A stretch of DNA of 64,000 nucleotides from NCBI RefSeq assembly GCF_006345805.1, contig NC_043005.1, positions 100,006,001 through 100,070,000 of the forward strand, written 5' to 3'. The number at the start of each line of letters is the position of its first letter. Within the stretch, counting starts at the first letter, position 1. The DNA comes from Octopus sinensis. Lineage: Eukaryota. Below are positions 11,730-26,099 of this stretch, one piece after another. The notes under the pieces are model-generated. The model worked only from the letters and a program-made list of their open reading frames with translations. It did not search any database and was not told the DNA's origin. The translations under genes and the position numbers were made by a program.

Positions 11730-12960
11730 GTTTTGTTAATAGGGAGATTTAACGATATTCTTCTTCAACTCTGTAATGCTATGTACCATCAAAACCATAT
11801 AGAGAAATGGAATAAAGGGTGCATGCTCTCATGTCAAAAAAGGGTCATCTCAGTGTCACCAAAAACTACAGGAGGATTACTCTCACCGTCATATCTGCCA
11901 AAGTTTACAATGCCATGCTACTCACCTGTACCCAGCCAGAGACAGAACAAAATTCTTGAGGAAAAGCCAGAATGGCTTTCAAAGAAATGGATCAACATTT
12001 GCCCAGATTCTTACAGACCGATGAGTTATTGAAGGAGTCTGTGTGAGGAACCTGAAAGCAGTCCTATTTGTAGACTTTTCTAGGGTCTTTGACTTGATAC
12101 ACAGAGGAAAAAATGGAAGAAATACGTTTTGCATATGGTATCCCAAAAGAAACTGTCAATACTATCAGGATGTTGTATAGAAATCCTCAATCCATAGTTT
12201 GTTGTCCAGATGGCAAGAGAGAGTTTTTTTGACATAGTGGCTGGTATCCTCCAGTGTGACACCTTGGCACCTTACCTGTTTATCATATATCTATATCTAT
12301 ATCTAGATTATGTTTATCATATATGATAAAAATCTATATCTATATCTAGATTATGTTTATCATATATGATAAAAATCTATATCTATATCTAGATTATGTT
12401 TATCATATATGATAAAAATCTATATCTATATCTAGATTATGTTTATGCACCTCTGTAGAGGAGATGAATGACGAGAGATTCACTCTTCTATCAGTCAAAA
12501 GCAGGCTCTTTTCAACTGTAACTATCACAGATGCTGACTGTGCTTGTGACTTGGCACTACTAGGAGATTAAGTTTGTGATGCAGAGTCTCTCTTGCACAG
12601 CCTTGAAAGTACTGCTAAAGGTGTTGGTCTCAACGTGAACTCGGCCAAAACAGAATATATAATGTACAATCAGAGCGGCAACTCTAACTCCACATCTGAA
12701 AAATCGTTGAAAAATGTTGATGAATTTACTCAGAATTAAAACCACGAAGGAAGATCTGTCTGCAAGTGATATTCATATCTGAATCAACAAAGCGTGGGCA
12801 GCTTTAAATAAATTATCAACAGTTTGGAAATCTAAGTTTTCACCAAATTGAAATGTAATTTCTTTCAGGTGGCTCTGCAGTCAGTTCTGTTCTATGGATG
12901 TACAACATGGACTTAACACAGTGTCTTGGAAAGAAAATTGACAAAACTCATAAACGAAGT
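11730..12960 (+). pseudogene. RTE-clade LINE reverse transcriptase relic
   Basis: Frameshifted KNYRRITL, QNGFQRNGST, LFVDFSRVFDLIHR, GILQCDTLAPYLFII, DADCACD (YADD), GLNVNSAKTEY. Confidence 0.85.
12277..12446. repeat. 43-bp minisatellite, about 3.5-4 identical units, inside the RTE relic
   Basis: atctagatta recurs at 12301, 12344, 12387 and 12430; the unit contains the 18-bp palindrome TTTATCATATATGATAAA. Confidence 0.95.
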
Positions 12961-13270
12961 GCTAAAAATGAGTGGCTTTAATGAAAAAAATTACATATAT
13001 GCCACTCAATAAAAAAGTAAACTTGACTGCTATAATAAACACATCTCAAACACTAAATATAAATAAATCAAACTTTCTTCTTCCTCAATACTTTTACAGA
13101 AACAAATAAAAGCTCTGATACATAAAAAGTACTAATACTAATACTAAACTTATGACCATTAATGATTTTACTGATTATAGTTTGAGAATAAATATGAGGA
13201 TAATAACCTGATTAACTGATCATAGGACAGATGAATGGTGGACAGTTAATAGATAATAAATAACCTTAAG

Positions 13271-13320
13271 GGTCAAAGTGAAGTAGAACAACTGTTATCA
13301 GTGCTGAATCTGATATTAAG
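13271..13320 (+). CDS. Candidate short coding exon (GQSEVEQLLSVLNLIL-R), phase 0 to 2
   Basis: Strong donor AAG/GTGAGT at 13320/13321; only one frame is open; acceptor weak (ccttaag at 13270 or ttaatag at 13252). Confidence 0.3.
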
Positions 13321-13902
13321 GTGAGTTTTAATAGATATTGTACTTGGAAAAATTGGAAGAGTAATTCCATGGTTGGTGATGCTAAATTATTTTTTTATCA
13401 ATAATTCTCCTGTTAGGAGTAGCAAGAATGATAACAAGCCAAAGACTATGTATTATAATAATAAAATAAACATTCTACAAGGAAATAACTAAGGATAAAA
13501 CTTACACTAACAAAATTAGGAAAAAGATATGTACTATGGTATAACCATCTAAGTACAAAATAATTAACATACCTAGCAATTTCTTTTGATGTCTTAATGG
13601 TAAACTTGCCAACTTGACATAGATACTATAGCATCTTTAAAATAAATTTACAATGAAATTCTCTTACTCAACAACACCTAATGCAGTTTATGATATGAAC
13701 TCTTCCACTTTCTCTAAAATGAACATGTAGACTGAGTGTAATCTTAACCCAAGAGAGAACACAGTTCTCCTCTTACCCATCTGCACAATAATGGAAACCT
13801 GGACCAAAACAGATACAGCACTATTTAGTCTAAAGCTAATGATTCTGAGAATAAGAATGAAAATAGCTGTCAGACATCCTCTCCTTCGAGCACTCTGTTT
13901 AA

Positions 13903-14124
13903 CCCTTTTGATACCAACCTGGCTGAAACCACCACTGGTTCTGTAGTATAAATGTCTTGTTTTCATAAGTTTTGAATTAAAATCTTCCACCAAACCTTAG
14001 TCACAATTTATGCTCCTAACACCAGCTTAATGATAACTAAGTTATTTTACTAAATTCTTTGTTACATTTTAAATCAATTGAAAGAAACACAGAACATCTC
14101 AAAATAAATACGGTAACGAGAGGG
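13903..14124. mobile_element. piggyBac-type MITE
   Basis: TTAA TSD at 13899-13902 and 14125-14128; imperfect TIRs CCCTTTTGATACC / GGTAACGAGAGGG. Confidence 0.75.
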
Positions 14125-15299
14125 TTAATAATAGAGGTATATAAATTATTTCTAGCTTGACACTTAGTGCTGTAAACCATATACAAGATAGGGGTTGGAA
14201 TAATGATAATTTTACTCATCCAAATTCAGGCATTAAGAATACTACCACAAAAGTTTTACCTTGAATGGGACTTCCTATGTCAACTAGTAATAATAGACAT
14301 AAAAACAATCACAATATTAATACTAAAGGCACTAAAAATAAACACAATAGTAATGATGCTAGTGTCATAAATACATCAATCAGAAACAACCCGAATATCT
14401 GCTTGAAAAATAAAGATATAGTAGGCTTTAAAAGGCACTCCAAAAACGATTCAAGTTCATGTAACTGTAGACTAGTTAATCATTGCCTCATGGAGGAGTT
14501 GCATGATATGTATTGTAATCTACAACAGTAAATATTACACACTGATTTATGTTTAAAAAATGCCAAGCTTTGTGCAAGTAAACATTTACTATAAAAAAAA
14601 ATTATACATTAATACATACAACATAACTAACAAAATATATGTGAAATTTAAAATCAACAGGAAAAGATTTCACTCTGGTTCAGTGTTATAGCCCCTGTTC
14701 TAGCATATAAAGGTAATGAAAGGGAATGTAGAATTTGTACAATGAAAGCACTTAAGCAGACAACAACACACAGAATCAAAAGAATGAAAGTATAATTTCA
14801 TGTGTCCACAAAAATTTCAAGATGTTTAAATTTTATAAGTCAACTACAAGTTAATACGAATAGTAAAAAAAAAAAGAAAAAAGAAAACAAATAACTGAAT
14901 AAATAAATACCAAACCACATTGAAAAATATTGTTCAAAGATTTTGAAAGTACAGATATAAAACAATTTCCTTATCATCCATCAAAAAGAATTATTTACTA
15001 TTCAACTTAAATTATTCTCCTCATTAATGTTAAATGGTTCTGATGCATATTGCCTATATATATATATATATATATATTGACTGTAGTCTATATTCATACA
15101 AAAATTGATGAAAACAAAATGTCTAGCTATATATACTTGTGTGTGTATGTGTGTCTATACATTGATGTATGAGTAGTTTTTTGCATATTTATATTTTTAA
15201 ATTTGTTTGCATATCTTAGGAGATTATATAAACTTTTAAATTTGAGTAAGTTTATTTATGTTAAACAGAAATATATTCAGTAGTCAAAATAGCTCACAA

Positions 15300-15519
15300 A
15301 ATAAGGCACAGAACTGGCAGAAACATCAGCATGCCAGGTGAAAAGCTTAGCAGTATTTCGTCTGTCTTTATGTTCAGAGTTCAAATTCTGCCGGGGTCGA
15401 CTTTGCATTTCATCCATTTGGGGTTAATAAAATAAGTACCAGTTGTGTAGTTGGGTCGATTTAATTGACTGGCCCTCTCTTCAAAAATTTCAGGCCTTGT
15501 GCCCAGAGTAGAAAAGAAT
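15300..15519 (+). mobile_element. SINE family A variant with TSD
   Basis: 11-bp TSD ATAGCTCACAA at 15289-15299 and 15520-15530. Confidence 0.8.
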
Positions 15520-15867
15520 ATAGCTCACAACATCTTTGAGCAAACAGCCTTGGAGGGAACAAAATGGATATCATCATGTCAAAATGGTATATGAGCCTTT
15601 CTTTTAACCAGCATTAACAGGTTTAGGGGTGCAAGGCACAGGAGAAAAGGGGCTGCATTGATTCATAATCCTCAAACTTGTAACGTCTGTGGACTTCTTT
15701 GCTAATCGTTGGCAGGAATCAAATGTCACATTCAACAAGCATTATAACAAAGAAAATGTAGATTGACGGACCATCATACATTGAAATTGACAGGAGAGTC
15801 CGTCATATATACATATCTGTACATATATGTAGTTAGTATACATGCCTCTATATATGTGTGAATACCT

Positions 15868-16099
15868 ATTTCTTTACTACCCACAAGGAGTTAAACATAG
15901 AGGGGACAAAAAAGGTCAGACACACGGATTAAGTCGATTATATCGACCCCAGTGAGTAACTGGTATTTATTTAATCGACTCCGAAAGGATGAAAGGCTAA
16001 GTCGACCGCGGCGGAATTTGAACTCAGAACATAATGGCAGACGAAATACCGCTAAGCATTTTGCCCGGCGTGCTAACATTTCTGCCAGCTCACCGCCTT
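15868..16099 (-). mobile_element. SINE family A with TSD
   Basis: 13-bp TSD TGTGTGAATACCT at 15855-15867 and 16100-16112. Confidence 0.9.
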
Positions 16100-16209
16100 T
16101 GTGTGAATACCTGTGTGTGTGTGTGTGTGTGTGCGTGTGTGCGCAAGTATGTATGCATATGGATGTCTCTGTAAAAATCACTATGCATATAGACATGTGT
16201 GTAGGTATA

Positions 16210-16620
16210 TTGGCGCAGGAGTGGCTGTGTGCTAAGTAGCTTGCTTACCAACTACATGGTTCTAGGTTCAGTCCTACTGTGTGGCACCTTCGGCAAGTGT
16301 CTTCCACTATAGCATTGGGCTGACTAAGGTCTTGTGAGTGGATTTGGTAGACGGAAACTGAAAGAAACCTGTCATATATGTGTGTGTGGGTGTGCATGTG
16401 TGTGTATGTTTGTGTGTTTATGTTTGTCCCCCCCCCCAACATCGCTTGACAACCAATGCTGGTGTGTTTACGTCCCTGTAACTTAGCGGTTTGGCAAAAG
16501 AGACCAATAGAATAAGTACAAGGCTTATAAAGAATAAGTCCTGGGGTTGATTTGCTCGACTAAAAGCAGTGCTCCAGCATGACCACAGCCAAATGACTGA
16601 AACAAGCATAAGAATAAAAG
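16210..16620 (+). mobile_element. CORE-type SINE family B
   Basis: ggcgcaggagtggctgtgtg head, gtggcaccttcggcaagtgtctt core, tail gactgaaacaag. Confidence 0.85.
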
Positions 16621-16824
16621 AATAGGTACATAGATAAGTATGTATATGCCTATATAGTTCTCTACCCATGTATTTTTATAAGTGTCTGCATATCTTAGGA
16701 GAGAACATATATTTGTAAATTTGTGTGAATTTGTTTATATGTTAAGCAGAAAATTCTGGTCATGGAGGTTTTTTTAATGACATAAAAATATCACAAATTT
16801 TCAATTGAGCACAATACAGATATA

Positions 16825-17057
16825 TATTTCTTTATTGCCCACAAGGGGCTAAACATAGAGGGGACAAACAAAGACAGACAAAGGGATTAAGTCGATTACA
16901 TTGACCCCAGTGTGTAACTAGTACTTTATTTATCGACTCCGAAAGAATGAAAGGCAAAGTCGACCTCAGCAGAATTTGAACTCAGAATGTAACAGCAGAT
17001 GAAATATGGCTATGCATTTCACCTGGCATGCTAACGGTTCTGCCAGCTCGCCGCCTT
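16825..17057 (-). mobile_element. SINE family A with TSD
   Basis: 20-bp TSD TTGAGCACAATAC(A/C)GATATA at 16805-16824 and 17058-17077. Confidence 0.9.
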
Positions 17058-17464
17058 TTGAGCACAATACCGATATAGCTATCAATTGGCTAGTGTTATG
17101 GCATTAAAAATAGGTTTACCTTCTATAGTAATTAACTCTAAAGCCACATTATATTTTGTGACACTAAGTGGAACTATTTAATTATATATTTTTTTTGTTT
17201 ATATTTTCATTTTATTTTCAGTGTCTTTTCAATTATATATATAAGAGAAAAACCAAAAAGATAAGCTCTGATCATATAAAGATATTTAATGAATATATCC
17301 AGTGAAGATTATATGATTTGGATTCATAACCTTCATTGGAATATGTAAGAGTGTCATAAGCAAACTATTTTTGAACCAACTGTTCAGTAATACACATACA
17401 TATATATCAGTTAAATTTGGGTATACATTTGTGTTTGTGTGTGTGTGTGTGTGTATGTGTATTA

Positions 17465-17600
17465 AGAAACCTACATAATGTGGACATCTTCAAAAAGAAA
17501 TTGGACACTTTTCTCTTCATGACACCATATGAAGTGACATCCTGGCATGAAGGACAAATGAGGGCAGCTTTTTTATGTGGCAACAACCAGGAAAAAAGAA
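17465..17600 (+). mobile_element. CR1/Jockey-group LINE 3' end fragment
   Basis: RNLHNVDIFKKKLDTFL...QMRAA resembles the CR1-type C-terminus (FK..LD.FL). Confidence 0.5.
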
Positions 17601-17849
17601 CATACAAGAATGGTGATATGAAATCCCACCATCCATAATAAATAAACCAAGTAAAATGGCTGTGGAAATGGTACAAAGGTATGATGGTGCTCCAGCATGA
17701 ACAAAGCCAAATGGCTGAAACAAATTAAAGAAATAAAAAAATACACACACACACACACATGTATAAGCCTGGTGCAGCCATCTGGTTCACTAGTACTCAG
17801 TCAAATCGTCCAACCCATGCTAGTTTGGAAAGCGGACGTTAAATGATGG

Positions 17850-17880
<31 letters not shown>

Positions 17881-17939
17881 AAGCTGGACTAGATTATTTT
17901 ATGCGCAACTCCATTGTCTCTCGAGACAAAAAATTATTC

Positions 17940-17941
17940 CA

Positions 17942-17999
<58 letters not shown>

Positions 18000-18158
18000 G
18001 TGTGTATGTATATATATGTATATATATATATAGTGTGTGTGTGTGTGTGTATATATATATGTATATATATATATGAGTATGTATATATATATATAGTGTG
18101 TGTGTGTGTGTGTATATATATATGTGAGTGTATGTATATATATATATGTGTGTGTGTG

Positions 18159-18190
<32 letters not shown>
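17940..18190. repeat. Compound (TG)n/(TA)n microsatellite
   Basis: Seen directly. Confidence 0.95.
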
Positions 18191-18193
<3 letters not shown>

Positions 18194-19043
18194 TTGTGCT
18201 GCTGCCATGTGAAAACACATTGTCCACACTGTAAAGTGGTTGGTGTTAGAAGGGCATCGAGCAGTATAAATCATGCCAAAGCAGACAATGGAATGTGCTG
18301 TGTCCCCCCAGCCCTAACAGCTCCAGTCAAACTGTCCAACCCATGACAGTATGCAAAACAGACATTTCAGGAAAGAAAAAAGGCATTGGAGGGGTGATGC
18401 ATACCCTGCATACAGATAATTTTTTCCGGAACTTATCGTCTGGCTTACAATGCGTTGCTTAGCCATGCTTTTTAATTGAACTGAATTAAGCTTTGTAAGT
18501 GTTTGTCTGAAAGAGGATTAGAAGCCTACGCATATGACAGCTAACAGTAGACTTGATCGATGTTAATGCCAAATGCATAAGACTAATATTTGCATATGAC
18601 TAAATAAATGATTATTCAAATAATAATCATGATTAGAAAAAAGAAAGTGAACAATATGAAATACTTAAAAGTGAACAAAATGAAAATATTGCTTAGAATT
18701 TCAAAGTCTTTCAATGATGGCAGACAAATCAAAAGCATTGTAATTTCTTGCAGAATATAAATAATATGACCACTTGGTTACTGAGAAATTTGTAAGTTCA
18801 ATTTCTTAAAAATTATTACTTATTTTTTTAAAGTATTACCATTATAGACATTAATAGTCTGGTGAAATTAAGAAATCAAGTCATAAATATAGGAAACCCT
18901 CGAATCCATCACTGTACACACACACACACACACACACTCGCATATCTATGTATGTATTTATGTATGCATGTATGCACCCACACATGTCTACATCCATATG
19001 TGCACTATGATCTATACACATGCAGACAAGAGTCAAATCATAT

Positions 19044-19137
<94 letters not shown>

Positions 19138-19203
19138 AGGGACATTAGCAGTCACTGCTATGGAGCAGTCACTGTCTATATCTCATTTAGAGAATTATTA
19201 TTG

Positions 19204-19243
<40 letters not shown>

Positions 19244-19297
19244 GTTTAAATATTTGTTGTGCAAGATTTTTTTATGTGAAGTCGTGTGCTGAAACAG

Positions 19298-19558
19298 ATA
19301 TTGTTATATTTCAGAATGGTCATTTTGCCAGTTTAGCCAAAAAACACACACGCACTATATATTTGGTGTTATTTTACTTCATTGTTATTTATTTTTTACA
19401 TTAATCTGATGCGGTCACAGGAGTGTGACGAAAGAACTCTGGCCGAAATAAGATTAAGATTAATATAAAAAATAAATAACAATGAAGCAAAATAACACCA
19501 AATATATAGTGGGTGTGGGTTTTTTGGCTAAACTGGCAAAATGACCATTCCGAAATAT

Positions 19559-19566
<8 letters not shown>
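19298..19566. mobile_element. Inverted-repeat element (110-bp arms, 49-bp spacer), probably Penelope-like-derived
   Basis: Arms 19298-19407 and 19457-19566; a single arm recurs at about 44855-44950; ends in a TA microsatellite. Confidence 0.8.
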
Positions 19567-19639
<73 letters not shown>

Positions 19640-19759
19640 CTATATATATATATTATATATATATAATATATTGTACATATATGTACATATATATATGTAC
19701 ATGTATATATCTATATATATATATACATGTACATGTATATATATACATACATGTACATG

Positions 19760-19790
<31 letters not shown>

Positions 19791-19871
19791 CATGTATATT
19801 ATATATGTATATATATACGTATATATATATATATATATATACATGTACATGTATATATATACATGTATATG

Positions 19872-19902
<31 letters not shown>

Positions 19903-19914
19903 GTATATGTATAT

Positions 19915-19974
<60 letters not shown>

Positions 19975-20152
19975 GTATATATGTATATATATATATAGTA
20001 TTATATGTATATATATATATGTATGTATATGTTATATATATGTTATATATGTATATATATATATATGTATATATGGTATATATATATATATATGTATGTA
20101 TATGTATATATATATATCTATATTATAATGTATATGTATATAGGATATTATA

Positions 20153-20194
<42 letters not shown>

Positions 20195-20273
20195 TATATA
20201 TATATGGATAATATATATATGTATATATATATATAAGTATATATATATGTGATATATATATATATATTATGTC

Positions 20274-20329
<56 letters not shown>

Positions 20330-20330
20330 T
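19567..20330. repeat. Long (TA)n/(TATG)n/(TACA)n array
   Basis: Seen directly; source of the spurious YI-rich ORFs. Confidence 0.97.
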
Positions 20331-20709
20331 ATGAGCAAGATGCACCCACCGTCCAATGGATGGTGGTTAGTTGTCAAACATTTAAACCAAATTTTCTCAA
20401 AACAACTTGTCCGACTGTCCCATTTTGTGGCATTATTTCAAGCCAGTCGGCTTTTTTTGTGCAAACTGCATGTGCATTTTTCTTGCGTACGTGTAGTATT
20501 GATCGCAACAACTGATGTTCTTGTGCATACAAATGCATGTTCTCATGGCTTTATCGATTGCATTCTCAACTGGAATCGATTTTTGTAATTTTTTCAAGAC
20601 TTATACATGCCTTGATACCGTCGGTATCTACATATCAAATTTGAGCGCAATTGGACGGAGGATGCCCGAGATCCTAGAAGACACACACACAGACAGACAG
20701 AATGGATTT

Positions 20710-20716
<7 letters not shown>
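20331..20716 (+). mobile_element. Non-autonomous HINE/DINE-1-like repeat
   Basis: Ends caaatttgagcgcaattgg...cacacacagacagacagaatggattttatata; CA/GACA microsatellite near the 3' end; inserted in TA repeats. Confidence 0.45.
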
Positions 20717-20764
<48 letters not shown>

Positions 20765-23245
20765 CATACATACACATATACATATATATATATGCATATA
20801 TGAATATATATATATACGTATATGCATACACACACACACATATATGCATATATATATGTATATATATTTACATACACGTGTATAGATATATATATGCATA
20901 TTTTCATGTCATATTGATGAATAAATGCATAGACAAAGCAGTACATGTTTGAACTTCCTCTAAAAATCCTTCATGGCAATAGTCAACATGTAGGAGTCGA
21001 TTGTGTACGTTACACCAGTCAGCTGTATCATATATTTTATACCATATATTATATTTTAGACTATGATACGCTATTCAATACATATAAGGCTGCACAGCTG
21101 CACTTTATACTATATACTATGTAATACGTACCACATCACACAGCTATACACTATATGTATGTATGAGACCACTGAACAACATATACAGAGAAAAAATCAT
21201 ACATATTAATATTTATGATTTACAAAAAAAACAAGAGAGAGAGAGAGAGAGAAAGAATGAGAGTAAGAGAAACTGGCAACAATTGTTAACGCCTCACTTA
21301 GGAAAGGGAGATAACTTCAGTACATTAAGAAATTTAAAAAATGAATCTTTTGCTTTGAGAAAAAACTGATCTTTGCTAACAATCTTTGATCTTAATCTTG
21401 TCGTTTTATTTGAGTTATTTTCCTAAGATCATTTTTTTTTTGCTTTTTATTATACAAATTATTGCTGTTGAAACCTATTTGTAAAAGCCAATATTTATTG
21501 ATCCATTTAGTTTCTTGTGTTTGTACTTCACTGTTGAAGTACAATAAGACCGAAACATATCCATAGTAGCTGCCACTCGGTACACAAGTACGTGTGTCTG
21601 GAAATTTATGAAAATCTGATTTTACATATCTGTAGGAGTGCACGTATACATATCTGCTTATAAGATGTATCTTTGTGTGTAAGTTTTGCATGCATGTGTA
21701 TGTATATATTTAGTTTAAATCAAGAGTGCTCAATGGACACAGGTATGGCTGTGTGGTAAGAAGTTTGCTTCCCAATTACATGGTTTTGGGTTCAGTCCTA
21801 CTGTATGATATCTTGGGCAAGTGTCTTCCTCTATAGCCTTGGGCCAACCAAAGCCTTGTGAGTCGATTCGGTACATTGAAACGCAAAGAAGCTGATCATA
21901 TATATAGATATATATATGTTTCATCATCATTATCATCATCATCATTTAACGTCTGTTGTCTATGCTGGCATGGGTTGGACGGTTTGACCAAGGTTGGCAA
22001 GCTCAAAGGTTGCACCAGACTCCAGTCTATTTTGGCATGGTTTCTACAGCTGGTTGCCCTTCCTAATGCCAACCACTCTGAGAATGTAATGAGTGCCTTT
22101 ATGTGCCATTTGTGTGACACAGGTACCTGCTATGACTGTAGTTATACTTGGCTTGATGGGTGTTCTTCTCAAGCATGGCATAATGCCAAACAGACTCAGT
22201 CATTGCTTCCGTGAGGCCCAACACTCGAAGCCTGATATAATGTCAAATGGTCTATATATTATCCAAAGTGTACAGTATTATATATCCATTGCTTCTGATC
22301 TTACCAGTTGGTTTTGCACCAGAGATTCAATGGAGTGTTAGGTAACAATCCAATTATGTAAGCCTATGCTCATCAGAGGTAACTAATAGGGAATGAGATC
22401 TATGTGCATGTGTGTCTTTGAGTCTGTGTTTGTCTCTCACCCTCGTCACCACTTGATAACTGGTATTTGTGTGTTTATGTCCCAGTAACTTAGTGGTTTG
22501 GCAAAAAAGACTGATAGAATGCGTATCATGGTTAAAATAAAAGTAAGTAATGGAGTTGATTCGTTCAACTAAAATTCTTCAAGGAGGTACCCCAGCTTGG
22601 CCACAGTCTGATGACTGAAACAAGTAAAAGATAAAAAGATAAAAGAATCGGTTGCTCGTCAAAGAACACTTTGGTTAATTACCATATTTTCTGTGATACA
22701 AGCTGAATTTTCCAGACCAAAATTTAGAACCAAAAAACGAAGGTCAACTTATAGACTTTAAAGAACCAAAAATCCCATGCGAAAAGCAGCAGAATTTTGA
22801 AGATAGCAATGATGGTTGAATGTCTACGCAACATGTTTACAGTGTAAACTACATTGAACTACATGCTGAAAAATATATGTTTTTCTGTAGAGGTTAAATA
22901 TCAATAAAATATGGAGAGTAGTGGAACACCGAAATAAGGAACCTAATGGAAAACAATTATAATATGCAAATGATGGATGCTTAGAGATGATAATGTTTAT
23001 GGAGACCAGTAAAAAAGTTATCCTGGATAACTACAAGTCCAAGGACCAACAGTTGGAGACTGCCAGTTTAAAAGGTCATGAGAGAGCTGTAGGGAGGAAG
23101 ATAAAAGAGAAAGCGGGAGGGTGGTAAAGGAGGACGGTTGGGTTGAAAGCAATATAAAAATTGGCAGGTATGAGTATAAGATAAGCTAACATCTCAGATG
23201 CAAATGACAAAAATAACAGCCATACAGATAAAAATAAAAGAGAAG

Positions 23246-23320
<75 letters not shown>

Positions 23321-23613
23321 AGATAGGTAGGTAGATAGAGAGAGGGAGATAGAGAGAAAGAGAGAGGGAAATTATGGGCAGGATATACCTGATGGAGTGG
23401 GGTGGAAAAATACAGTGTGAGTGTGGGAGAGGTGGATCAGTGAAGAAGATGAAAGAAAACGTAAAGTGAAATTGAAGATTAAGATAAAAGGAATCAAAGG
23501 ACAGCAAAAACTGAAAACAGAAACTACATCCACACACACACTGGTAGTGTGTGTGCCTGCGTGTGTATGTATACATACATACAGAAACACATGCACACTT
23601 ATACATGCTCATA

Positions 23614-23659
<46 letters not shown>

Positions 23660-25599
23660 GATAGATAGAAAGATATATAATGTAGGAAAAACTGTTTGAA
23701 AAGAAATACAAGAATGTCTAATGATAGAAAAAGAAATTGTATTTACATTGAAAAACATTTTATTTCTGGTTGTTGTTTTTGTGTAGTTCAGAGGTCAGTG
23801 AGTACAACTGATGTGACTTGAGACCCTCACACAGACAACAACATTGTTTATACAAACACCATTATTTTAATGAAAGAAAAATTCATAATTATTTTTGTAA
23901 CAACGATTTTAACTTATTGAAATGTGACCTTCAATGTTAGCTGGATGCAGAGAGTAAACAACCAGCAACTTTATGGTGATCCTCTTACTACTGACTGATG
24001 GCAGGAATATACAACAATTGGATTCAATACCATGTTTTGCCATATAAAAATCACAATTTGATCAAGTGTGCAAACCCAGCTGTTGTTTTTTGTGGCAGTT
24101 TGGTGGCATTACTAGAACTTCCAATGAACACAGCTTACAAATACAACTCAATTGAGAGCCAAAACTTCAGAGTGATTCAGTCCCTGGTGGTGTTCACTCT
24201 CAACACAAGCTGTTTTCACAGCTACATATTCAACATGAAACAATCAAAGAAGACACACCATGCCAATAAGAATACGCATTAACATGTAAAGATTAGCTCA
24301 ACTGTTGAATTTCTAACAAAATCTTACTGCATTAGTCATATACATTGTTTTATCTGAATATTTCTTTACTTATGAACGCCTATATTAATGCATCAATAAA
24401 CTATGTTCATAAACATAAAGCAGCCTTCCATCATCACCACAAATTTAAACTATGTCCACTCTGAATTTTTCCTATTACTTTTACTGTTGCAGTGGCCCTT
24501 GCTCTTTGAAGTTGGTTCGTCTCATACCTCTTCCACTCAGGTTGCCCTGACTCACCTATCATTTACTCACTTGTATATTATGCCCACATCATACCTTACT
24601 CACAACATGAGCCTCTCTCTAGAAGTTCTCCCTCCCTCTTCATGTTTTCCTTGTGGTTGATGACTTGCATCTATAGAAAAGGAACCTTAATCATAATATT
24701 TCTGGTCTTGAAGGGTCACCAGTAAAGCACATTTTTTCCAGACCAATAAAAAAAACAAAAAAAAACACTGCTGTGGACTGTCTGTGATACCAGTGTTGAC
24801 CATCATCCAAATCATTTATTTAGGAACAACCACATGGGACGGTGAACTATGGGTGTCCTTCCAAAATTATCGTTGAAAACCTTATGGAAGAGAGTGGTGG
24901 TATGATTACTGAAGAACTTAGGAACATAGGAGTGATGTGTCTGTCCTTGTGATTGATGTAAGTGTAAATAGTTACTGGCGATTGATGATGATGATGATGA
25001 TGATGATGACATGGATTGGACAGATTTTCAAGAGTCTTCCAAATACTTTGCCTGAGGTGCCAGACATTGTCAGATGTTGTTTGTAAACGTCATGTCAAGT
25101 AATCTTTGATCTACCTCAAATAGCACATCAGTAATTTGGTATACTTATGTTAAGACCAGATTTAATGGTAAGAGTTACATATATGTGGAGTTAGGGGCAA
25201 TGGAGGTGAAAGTATTTGTGTTTATAATTTAATCAGAAACGGAGAAGGGTGGTGGCCATGAACTGGGATTCCAGTGCTTGCAACATAGCAAACTCTGCCA
25301 AGGGCAACCAAGAACCATGTGTCAGTTTTCTGTGATCTTTGGTGCATACACTGTATATGACTTATCTGTCTTATATCTTCTATATATACATACATACATA
25401 TACATACATACATACATATATATATATATATTTACAATAGGACTCACATACACAAAAATTTTATATAAGTTCATTATACAGGCATAGTTGTACGTTAAGA
25501 AGCTTGTTTCCCAACCACTTGGTTCCAGGTTCAATCCCACTGCAAGGCACTTTGGACAAGTGTCTTCTACTATAACATCAGGCCAACCAAAGTTTTGTG

Positions 25600-26045
25600 A
25601 GTGGAATTGATACACAGCGATGTGACCAGCGATGTGACCAATGATGTGTAGCAACATCTGATAGCCTGGTCGGTCACGTGATATATATATATATGTATGT
25701 ATATGTATATATAGGAAAAGGGGAAAATGACGATGAGATTGCACCTAGAAAGTTTCCTTCCAAGATGCAAGTCCAGGCAAATTTGTCTATGGAAGACCAG
25801 TAGTCACTCATGCATACCAGCCTCCCTACTTCATGCCACTGATGATACCCAAGGGAAAGGCAAAGGCTGATACAGCTTGGCACCTGTGACACTGCAACAC
25901 ATTTCTACGGCTGAGTGAACTGGAGCAACGTGAGATAAAGTGTCTTGCTCAAGAACACAATACATAACCTCATCTGGGAACTGAGCTCTTAACCTCATGA
26001 GTGTGAGCCCAATGTCCTAACGACTGAGCTGTGTACCTTCTCTGC
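25600..26045 (-). mobile_element. MIR-like tRNA SINE, degenerate
   Basis: ctggagcaacgtgagataaagtgtcttgctcaagaacacaa core; similar piece at about 45880-46000. Confidence 0.5.
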
Positions 26046-26057
26046 ACAGACACAGGA

Positions 26058-26089
<32 letters not shown>

Positions 26090-26099
26090 AGATATACAC

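Noticed and set aside
12277-12446. CRISPR-like array (43-bp partly palindromic repeats)
   Set aside because: Units are head-to-tail with no unique spacers, there are no cas genes, and the context is eukaryotic.
14265-14531. 88-aa Asn-rich ORF
   Set aside because: Low-complexity decayed AAT/AAC repeat with no motif support.
17894-20952. Many ORFs of 60-180 aa rich in YI/HT/CV (also 23076-23711, 35249-37059, 57585-58299, 63392-63983)
   Set aside because: Translations of dinucleotide and tetranucleotide microsatellites, which lack stops in some frames.
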